DNA of 12,601 bases from Promethearchaeota archaeon (lineage in GTDB: Archaea > Asgardarchaeota > Lokiarchaeia > Sigyniarchaeales > SOKP01): assembly GCA_048941015.1 (NCBI GenBank), contig JBHLNZ010000082.1, positions 1 through 12,601 of the forward strand, read 5' to 3'. The notes under the pieces are model-generated. The model was not told where the DNA came from, searched no databases, and was given only the letters and a program-made list of their open reading frames with translations. Shown piece after piece: positions 1 to 6,624 of the stretch. Position 1 is the stretch's first letter, and every line of letters begins with the position of its first letter. A program made the position numbers and the translations under genes.

Positions 1-296
1 AATCGTAATCTATCCACCAAATAAATGGGTATATTAACTGTAAGATGATATTGAAGATCCGAGCTATACAACTTGACTTTTTTCTTCATGCTCAATATTT
101 CATCTGCTTGAGGGGGATTGATCTTTAAAAAATCAAAAATAGAGGCTAAGACTACATCTCCGCATACTTTATTCCCAATCTGCTCTTTTTTATTTGCATC
201 AATTAAGCATACCTTCAACCCTTTTGACGCAGCAAATCGGGCAGCAATTGTACTTGATGTTCCAGCACCAACAATTACTATATCATAGTCATTCAT
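1..296 (-). CDS. Geranylgeranyl reductase-family FAD-dependent oxidoreductase, N-terminal part (runs off the window)
   Basis: Not in the ORF track; translated by hand from ATG at 296: MNDYDIVIVGAGTSSTIAARFAASKGLKVCLIDANKKEQIGNKVCGD...YLVDR. It has a Rossmann-type YDIVIVGAG start, a KxCG motif and a 'DR' motif typical of the GGR family. GGGTGA RBS-like sequence upstream (304-309, minus strand). Confidence 0.8.
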   Translation of the reverse strand, partial: MNDYDIVIVGAGTSSTIAARFAASKGLKVCLIDANKKEQIGNKVCGDVVLASIFDFLKINPPQADEILSMKKKVKLYSSDLQYHLTVNIPIYLVDRLR

Positions 297-446
297 TTAT
301 TTTTCACCCTATTTTCTTCATAAGAGCAGTATTCAGATTTGAAATTTTTATTATTTTTAGTTTGTTTGAATAGAAAAGATTTCCCTTTTTTTCGAAATGA
401 ACTAATAAATGCGTGATTAAAAAACAACGGAAATAAACTAAATATT

Positions 447-1331
447 TTAATATGAATTTATAAATTTAATTAATTCTCCAGCTATTTCTGGACCTTTATC
501 TTCTTGGAGGAAATGACCTGCGCTTTTAATAGTAAGGTGTTCTAAATTTTTAGCTCCTGGAACATGGTTAATCCAAAGTGCTTCCGCTCCTCTTGTAATA
601 GGATCACTGTCGGAAAAAGCTGTTAAAAAAGGCTTTGTCCAACTTCCATACATCTTGATAGCTTTTTTATTGGCTTTACTTTCTGGATCATCGCGACTAA
701 TTGGAACTAATGATGGCATTATACGCGCTCCAGCTTTGTAAGAATCATTTGGAAATGGAGCATTATATCCCCTTAAAACCTCTTCTGAAAGATTACTAAC
801 AGTTCCATTTTGTATGATCCTTCCAATATCGAATTCTTTTGAAGTCCTTGAAAATTCACGCCATTCTAAGAAAGCTTTACTCATAATTCCTGTAGGTAAT
901 CCTCCATTTGCGAGAACAATTCTGTCAAACCTCTCTTGGTTTTCAATTGCTATCCTTAAACCAATTAAAGATCCCCAATCTTGACAAAATAAGGTAATTT
1001 TTTGAAGATCTAAACCCAATAACCAACCAGTCATCCATTTAATGTGCTTTGAATACGTATGATCAGATTGTTCCGTAGGTTTATCTGATCTGCCGAATCC
1101 AACTAAATCTGGAGCAATCACCCTAAAACCCGCTTTAATTAAAGGAGGAATCATATGCCTATAAAGAAAGCTCCAGGAAGGTTCACCATGCATCAATAAA
1201 ACTATTTCAGAATTTTTTGATCCTTCATCTACATAATGAATTCTTATTCCATCAACTTCCAAATATTTAGGATCGTAAGGAAAGTCAATTAGACCACTAA
1301 ATCTCTCATCAGGGGTTCGTATTAATTTCAA
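447..1331 (-). CDS. Haloalkane dehalogenase (alpha/beta hydrolase, HLD-I/DhlA-like subfamily)
   Basis: RTPDERF N-terminus, HGEPSW oxyanion motif, GFGRSDKP, nucleophile elbow CQDWG, acid residue in DSDPIT and catalytic His in AGHFLQED. TTG start preceded by GAGAGGA. Confidence 0.9.
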   Translation of the reverse strand: MKLIRTPDERFSGLIDFPYDPKYLEVDGIRIHYVDEGSKNSEIVLLMHGEPSWSFLYRHMIPPLIKAGFRVIAPDLVGFGRSDKPTEQSDHTYSKHIKWMTGWLLGLDLQKITLFCQDWGSLIGLRIAIENQERFDRIVLANGGLPTGIMSKAFLEWREFSRTSKEFDIGRIIQNGTVSNLSEEVLRGYNAPFPNDSYKAGARIMPSLVPISRDDPESKANKKAIKMYGSWTKPFLTAFSDSDPITRGAEALWINHVPGAKNLEHLTIKSAGHFLQEDKGPEIAGELIKFINSY

Positions 1332-1555
1332 AATATTTTATCCTCTCTCAATCAATAAATTAAAAAAATTAATAGAATTAATGAGCGATATAATTATAAT
1401 GTGATCAATATTGGAATATTTTAAATGGTTTTAATGAGTTTAAATTTCCTTAAAAATTGCTAAATTTAACATAAACTTCAAAAATTTTGCTTTTATTGAT
1501 TTAAAGATAATTTTCTATAGCTAGTAAATTTGAAAAAATAGAAAAAAATAAAATC

Positions 1556-1617
1556 AAAAAAAAAGATAGGGTTCGATAACTCGCAAAATGAGATTTTTAC
1601 TTATTACTATTTCCTAT
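1556..1617 (-). ncRNA. Candidate structured RNA element downstream of csp1 (3' UTR motif or independent sRNA), copy 1
   Basis: Minus-strand AUAGG-AAA-UAGUA-AUAA-GUAAAA-aucuca-UUUUGC-gag-UUAU-CGAAC-CCUAU-C-U9. Folds as a long hairpin and shares ordered blocks with 6519-6585. Confidence 0.55.
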
Positions 1618-1634
1618 TTATTATTTGTTATTTC

Positions 1635-1644
1635 TGATTTATAA
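1635..1644 (-). promoter_or_regulatory. Conserved decamer TTATAAATCA, 13 nt after the csp1 stop (TATA-like or protein-binding site)
   Basis: An identical decamer lies 11 nt after the csp2 stop (6604-6613). Confidence 0.4.
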
Positions 1645-1657
1645 CTATTCATATTCT

Positions 1658-1957
1658 CTAATAACGAGGAGATCTTTTGCCACCTCGACCACCACGACTT
1701 CCACCTTTACTAAATGAACGTGCTTGGGGAGGTGCTTTTTCAGTAACCACAACGTTGCTAGCTTGTGGTCCTTTTTGACCTTCTGTAACCTCAAACTCAA
1801 CTTTATCATTTTCATTTAACGTTCTGTATTCATCATCTTTGCCTACTAATGCAGAAAAATGAACAAAAACATCACTACCGTCTTCAGAGGTTATAAATCC
1901 AAAGCCTTTTCGGCTATTAAACCATTTTACTACTCCATGCGTCAATTTTAAGACCAT
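1658..1957 (-). CDS. Cold-shock domain protein with C-terminal RGG tail (csp1)
   Basis: GVVKWFN, RNP1 KGFGFI, RNP2 [17 protein letters not shown]; tail [16 protein letters not shown]. Confidence 0.95.
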   Translation of the reverse strand: MVLKLTHGVVKWFNSRKGFGFITSEDGSDVFVHFSALVGKDDEYRTLNENDKVEFEVTEGQKGPQASNVVVTEKAPPQARSFSKGGSRGGRGGKRSPRY

Positions 1958-1973
1958 TTTTTCATTTTAAAAA

Positions 1974-1997
1974 AATTCTTTTATCTCTAAAAGAATT
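1974..1997 (-). promoter_or_regulatory. 5' leader hairpin of csp1
   Basis: Perfect 10-bp inverted repeat AATTCTTTTA-tctc-TAAAAGAATT, 16 nt upstream of the ATG; a counterpart lies upstream of csp2. Confidence 0.6.
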
Positions 1998-2021
1998 AGT
2001 AATAAAAAATGATGCATCTCA

Positions 2022-2038
2022 AATAAGTTTTTACTTTT
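2022..2038 (-). promoter_or_regulatory. Putative BRE/TATA promoter of csp1
   Basis: Minus strand AAAAGTAAAAACTTATT; 14/17 identical to 6966-6982 and at nearly the same distance (25 vs 24 nt) from the leader hairpin. Confidence 0.5.
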
Positions 2039-2180
2039 AGTAGGTATCAGAAAATTATAATGCTTTCAATAAAATGATGATAAGAATGAAAAAAAGGTAT
2101 TTTAAAAAACCAAAAAATTATATCATTAGATAATTAACGTAAATTATATTTTAAGTTCTTACATAACAGTATGATTAAAT

Positions 2181-4421
2181 ATGGATAATAAAAACAATTT
2201 TCAAAAAGATGATAATATAAGGATCATACGCAGCTCTACAGCTTTTGATTGTGGAGGACGTTGTCCTCTTCAATTTCATGTGAAAGAAGGAAAGATTATT
2301 CGTGTAGAAGGTGATGATTATGAAAGTCAAGATGATCAGCTTAGAACTTGCTTAAGATGTCGAGCATTTAGGCAATATGTGTATCATCCTAACAGATTAA
2401 AGCATCCTTTAAAGAGAGAAGGTCCAAAAGGTTCTGGGAAGTTTAAAAGAATTTCATGGGATCAAGCTTTGACTGAGGTTGCTGAAAAGCTTAAAGAAGT
2501 AAAAGAAAGATATGGTAATTCTAGCATTTTCTTAGCTACTGGCGGAGGATATCAAGGTGCTTTGCATGATGGAATGTTTGCTATGATGAGATTATTGACC
2601 CACTTTGGAGGTTATTCAACTCATTATGGAAATGTATCCTCTGAAGGTGCTGTATACGCCACTCAAACTCAATATGTTTCACCTTTCGTTGGACATAGTC
2701 GAACAGATTTACTCAATTCAAAATTAATAATCATGTGGGGTTGGGATCCTGCAAGAATGATTTCGGGAACGGATACTATTTTCAATTTAATTAAAACTAA
2801 AGAAAGCGGTACAAAAATAATTTGTATTGACCCAAGATACACAGACTCTGCTGTAATTTTAGCTGATAAATGGATTCCTATAATTCCTGGAACAGATACC
2901 GCTATGATGATTGCCATGGCTTATGTTATGATTGAAGAAAATCTCCACGATCAGGAATTTTTGGATAAATATACTATAGGATTTGAGAAATTCAAGGATT
3001 ATGTTATAGGAGAAGAGGATGGAGTTCCAAAAACTCCTGAATGGGCAGAAAAAATTACTTCAGTTCCAGCAGAGACAATCATTAATCTTGCTCGTGAATA
3101 TGCTAGTACTAAACCCGCTGCTCTAATGGATTGTCAAGGACCAGCTCGAAGTGCGGTCGGAGAATTATATAATCGATGTGCAATGACCTTAACTGCTATG
3201 ACTGGTAATATAGGCAAGCATGGCGGCAGTGCAGCAGGAGGTTTAATGGGGATTCCTTATGGGCATATGTTTTTTGCTTCTAGAATCCCACCACCTTATA
3301 GAAATCCTGTTGAAGAAGGTTTGAAATCAGTTCGAGGTTCATTAGATTTACAACTAAGATTTCAAGCAAGATGTCATACAAACAAAATGTTTGATGCTAT
3401 TTTAAGAGGTAAAGCTGGAGGTTATCCATTCGATGTTAAATTAGCATGGTTTGTTAATAACAACTTCCTTAATCAATTAGGGAATACAAATAAATCTGCA
3501 GAAGCTCTAGAAAAGCTCGATTATATGGTTATTTCTGAATTATGGCTGACACCTACGGCAAGATATGCGGACATAATTCTTCCAGTAACTAGTGCAGCTG
3601 AAAGAAACGATTTAACGCGACCTTGGCCTTCTGGACCATATTTTACTTCTATGAATCAAGCAATTGAACCTCTTGGAGAATGTAAGTCTGATTTAAAAAT
3701 TGCAGAAGAATTAGCAGATAAACTTGGATTAGAAGCGTTCCAAAAATATCCTGATGAAGATAATTCTTTAAAGTTTCTAATAAAATTACGTGAAGATACA
3801 AGAAAAAATATAAGAAATATCCGTAAATTTAGAGAAGAAGGAATACATCGTTTAGACATTACAGAACCCTATGTAGCTTTCAAAGAACAAATTGAAGACA
3901 TTGAAAACAAACCTTTTAACACACCCTCTGGAAAGATTGAGATCTTTTCTCAAAGAATCGCGGATTTAAATGATCCTGAAAATCCCCCTATACCAAAATA
4001 TATGGAGAGATGGGAAGGGCGTTATGATTCATTAAGTAAGAAGTATCCCTTACAACTACTCTCTCCACATCCAAAAAATAGGGTTCATTCAGAAATGTTC
4101 TTAGTAGAATGGCTGAGAGAAGTTGATCCACATGTTGCTTGGCTTAACCCAATAGACGCTGAACCAAGAGGAATTAAAGATGGTGACGAAATCTTAGTGT
4201 ATAATGATAGAGGTAAATTAACCATAAAAGTATGGATTACCGAAAGAATAATTCCTGGAGTAATAAGTATTTTTGAAGGAGCGTGGTATAATCCTGATGA
4301 AAATGGAATTGATAGAGGAGGATGTGTTAATGTTCTAACCAAGGACGCATATTCACCAGGAGGGGCTTCTGCTCTCAATTCATGTCTTGTAGAAGTGCAA
4401 AAATTTAATGGAGGAGGGTAA
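2181..4421 (+). CDS. dmsA: DMSO reductase-family molybdopterin oxidoreductase, catalytic subunit (DmsA-like), no Tat signal
   Basis: DCGGRCP Fe-S region, RLKHPLKREG..G.GKFKRISWDQA, IDPRYTDS, PGTDTA, GVPKTPEWA, TPTARYADIILP, TPSGKIEI, C-terminal molydop-binding domain. Candidate Mo-ligand Ser in YGNVSS. Confidence 0.88.
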   Translation: MDNKNNFQKDDNIRIIRSSTAFDCGGRCPLQFHVKEGKIIRVEGDDYESQDDQLRTCLRCRAFRQYVYHPNRLKHPLKREGPKGSGKFKRISWDQALTEVAEKLKEVKERYGNSSIFLATGGGYQGALHDGMFAMMRLLTHFGGYSTHYGNVSSEGAVYATQTQYVSPFVGHSRTDLLNSKLIIMWGWDPARMISGTDTIFNLIKTKESGTKIICIDPRYTDSAVILADKWIPIIPGTDTAMMIAMAYVMIEENLHDQEFLDKYTIGFEKFKDYVIGEEDGVPKTPEWAEKITSVPAETIINLAREYASTKPAALMDCQGPARSAVGELYNRCAMTLTAMTGNIGKHGGSAAGGLMGIPYGHMFFASRIPPPYRNPVEEGLKSVRGSLDLQLRFQARCHTNKMFDAILRGKAGGYPFDVKLAWFVNNNFLNQLGNTNKSAEALEKLDYMVISELWLTPTARYADIILPVTSAAERNDLTRPWPSGPYFTSMNQAIEPLGECKSDLKIAEELADKLGLEAFQKYPDEDNSLKFLIKLREDTRKNIRNIRKFREEGIHRLDITEPYVAFKEQIEDIENKPFNTPSGKIEIFSQRIADLNDPENPPIPKYMERWEGRYDSLSKKYPLQLLSPHPKNRVHSEMFLVEWLREVDPHVAWLNPIDAEPRGIKDGDEILVYNDRGKLTIKVWITERIIPGVISIFEGAWYNPDENGIDRGGCVNVLTKDAYSPGGASALNSCLVEVQKFNGGG

Positions 4422-4424
4422 AAT

Positions 4425-4982
4425 ATGCAAATCGGCTTTTATTTTGATCAAACTCGATGTATTGGATGCTCTGCATGTGCTGTAGCTTGTAAAGACTGGC
4501 ATGATATTCCAGCAGGACCAGAAAAATGGATGCGAATCTTATACAACGAACAAGGGAAATTTCCTAATGTTTTTGTAAGCTACTTAATATATCCTTGTTT
4601 TCATTGTTTAGATCCGGTGTGTATACCAGTATGTCCTGTTGAAGCTATAACAAAAAGAACTGAGGATGGAATTGTCATTGTAGATAGCGAAAGATGCTTA
4701 GGTAATGAAGAATGCGATTCAAAATGTCTTAAAGCATGTCCTTATGGTGCTCCTCAATTCGGTCCAGAAAAAGGAGCAAAAATGCGTAAATGTAATTATT
4801 GCATCGATAGATATATTGAAAATAAGCTACCCGCATGTATTGAATCATGTAGGACAAGAGCCTTAGATGCGGGTACATTAGAAGAACTCAAAATGAGATA
4901 CGGTAATATAGTGGAAGCAGATAACTTTATATATTCTGAAAGAACTAAACCTGCAATTATTTTTAAGCCAAAAAAAAAATGA
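4425..4982 (+). CDS. dmsB: 4Fe-4S electron-transfer subunit (DmsB-like)
   Basis: MQIGFYFDQTRCIGCSACAVACKDW, CFHC..PVC..VCP, C..C..ACPYGAPQF, KCNYC..R..PAC..SC..RAL. Starts 3 nt after the dmsA-like stop with GGAGGG upstream. Confidence 0.9.
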   Translation: MQIGFYFDQTRCIGCSACAVACKDWHDIPAGPEKWMRILYNEQGKFPNVFVSYLIYPCFHCLDPVCIPVCPVEAITKRTEDGIVIVDSERCLGNEECDSKCLKACPYGAPQFGPEKGAKMRKCNYCIDRYIENKLPACIESCRTRALDAGTLEELKMRYGNIVEADNFIYSERTKPAIIFKPKKK

Positions 4983-5125
4983 TTTCTTTTTAAAAATAAT
5001 TATGAATAAGATATTGGGGGCTTATGGGAATTTCGATAGATATCAAATAGATAATAAATATTTTTCTTAAAAATTCTATAAACTATTGAGAATAAATTTA
5101 TAAGACTAAGATATAAAGAATCCAT

Positions 5126-5722
5126 ATGGATTCATATGATAATTTACCTGATGCTCAAATTGAACCTGTTGGAGAAATTTCCAAGAAATTTTTAGATTTG
5201 GGTATTAAATCGTTTAAAGAAGCATGTATGTATGTTCATAACAGTACTTATGGCTATAATTCGAACTATAATGATAAGATGATTTTTTTTAAGGAAAAAA
5301 TGGGTAGTTGTACCATGAAACATGCAACAATTGCGGGATTAGCTGAGGAACTCAATATCCCTGTCTATAAATATGTTGGAATTTACAAATTTACCGAAGA
5401 AATTACAACTGGTGTTGACGATATCTTAAAAAAATACGAAATACCATATATACCAATGGTACATTGCTTTCTAGTCTATGAGAATTATCATTTTGACCTC
5501 ACTGAAGGTAATTATAATGGAAAGAAAAAATCTATAGATGAGTTTGTTAAAACTGAAAAGGTTGAGCCATTTATTAGCAGAATTGATGAATATAAACTAT
5601 TTAAAAAAGTATTGAAAGAAAATATATTAACTAGTAAAGAAATGGAAGGCATAACTGAGCGAACTCTTTTAAAAGCTAGAGAAGAAGGTATTAAGCTTTT
5701 AAAAGAATGTATTAAAAGATAA
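5126..5722 (+). CDS. Hypothetical protein, probable transglutaminase-like (Cys-His-Asp) fold
   Basis: GSCTMKHATIAGLAEELNIP (G-x-C ... L.IP), MVHCFL and HFDLT occur in the order of a transglutaminase-like catalytic triad. Confidence 0.55.
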   Translation: MDSYDNLPDAQIEPVGEISKKFLDLGIKSFKEACMYVHNSTYGYNSNYNDKMIFFKEKMGSCTMKHATIAGLAEELNIPVYKYVGIYKFTEEITTGVDDILKKYEIPYIPMVHCFLVYENYHFDLTEGNYNGKKKSIDEFVKTEKVEPFISRIDEYKLFKKVLKENILTSKEMEGITERTLLKAREEGIKLLKECIKR

Positions 5723-6034
5723 ATCTTCTTTGTTTTGGTTTTTTTTATTCATTCCTGACGAATTGGGAATCAACCTAAAAATGAAACTTTGAATCAGAAA
5801 TTAATAAATTATTAAAAAAAAACATAAAGTACATATGCGATCTAATTCTACCCTATTGGATTGTAAATAAAATTGATAGGACTTTATTTTTAAAATATTA
5901 ATTCGCATACCGCGAAGTTCTATACAATAAATTTCCGTTTTTCAGCGAATCAATTTATTTAATCTTTATTTGAACTTTGGTTTTTTCAGAAGATCGGATT
6001 TACAATTATTAATCAAAATTAGAGTGTATTATAT

Positions 6035-6421
6035 ATGCCTAAAATGAAAAAAAAAGCCAAGAAAGGAAGAAGAACCTATGGACCAAATCCAACACCAGAA
6101 ATAAGGCGCGTAAAAATGCCATATAGAAAAAATGGGGAAATGTTTGCCCGGGTAACCGATATATATGGCCAAGATCGGATGGGCGTCTATTGTGAAGATG
6201 GAAAATATCGAATGGGACGGATTCGGGGAAAAATTAAAAAAAGAGTTTGGATAAGGAAAGGAGATTTGGTCGTAATTAATCCATGGGAGTTTGAGACAGA
6301 AATTGAAGGCCAAAATGAAAAATGTGAAATATCTTGGAGATACTTAAGACATGAAATTTCTTGGTTGCAACGTAAAGATTTAATTCCAGAAAATCTGGAT
6401 TTGAATAGTATTCCCCTTTAA
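6035..6421 (+). CDS. eif1a: Archaeal translation initiation factor aIF-1A
   Basis: GEMFARV, CEDGKYRMGRIRGKIKKRVWIRKGDLVVINPWEF and WRY...WL are eIF-1A family signatures; basic N-terminal tail. Confidence 0.95.
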   Translation: MPKMKKKAKKGRRTYGPNPTPEIRRVKMPYRKNGEMFARVTDIYGQDRMGVYCEDGKYRMGRIRGKIKKRVWIRKGDLVVINPWEFETEIEGQNEKCEISWRYLRHEISWLQRKDLIPENLDLNSIPL

Positions 6422-6426
6422 TCAAC

Positions 6427-6439
6427 TTTTTTATTTTTT
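6427..6439 (+). terminator. Putative U-rich archaeal terminator after aIF-1A
   Basis: TTTTTTATTTTTT immediately after the stop codon. Confidence 0.4.
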
Positions 6440-6518
6440 ATCATAAAATTATTTATTTTGAACTTATCAGCGTATAGTAAACTTATATAAAACTTAATTT
6501 GAATATTCTAAAACATAT

Positions 6519-6585
6519 TAAAAAAAATTAAGGTTCGATAATAATCGTAAAAACTTTTTACAAAATATTATTTACTACTTTTATT
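6519..6585 (-). ncRNA. Candidate structured RNA element downstream of csp2, copy 2
   Basis: Minus-strand AAUAA-AAG-UAGUA-AAUAAUAUUUU-GUAAAA-agu-UUUUAC-GAUUAUUAU-CGAAC-CUU-AA-U8; same blocks and fold as copy 1. Confidence 0.55.
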
Positions 6586-6603
6586 GAATTATTTCTTTTT
6601 TCT

Positions 6604-6613
6604 TGATTTATAA
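6604..6613 (-). promoter_or_regulatory. Conserved decamer TTATAAATCA after the csp2 stop
   Basis: Identical to 1635-1644. Confidence 0.4.
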
Positions 6614-6624
6614 AAACCATAGAA

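Noticed and set aside
356-442. 12-bp imperfect inverted repeat TTTAGTTTGTTT / AAATAAACTAAA as MITE ends
   Set aside because: Low complexity, single copy, no target-site duplication.
1570-1582. GGTTCGA (also 6532-6538) as a tRNA T-arm or integration att site
   Set aside because: No cloverleaf, acceptor stem or CCA, and no integrase nearby. The G.U pattern of the apical stem favours the opposite strand.
1566-1617. csp downstream hairpin as a SECIS element
   Set aside because: Both csp genes end in TAG or TAA with no in-frame TGA, and no AUGA/GA core is present. TGA-ending ORFs in the window (such as dmsB) look complete.
1955-2012. Pairing of 2004-2011 with the csp1 start codon region (CATTTTTT/AAAAAATG) as a thermoswitch
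   Set aside because: Homopolymeric, not shared with csp2, and probably upstream of the TSS implied by the conserved promoter.
2669-4378. Antisense ORFs 2669-2917, 3656-3859 and 4085-4378
   Set aside because: Shadow frames inside the dmsA-like gene with no recognisable motifs.
5751-5770. ATTCCT-N8-GGGAAT hairpin after the 198-aa gene
   Set aside because: A short stem downstream of the U-tract; compatible with chance.
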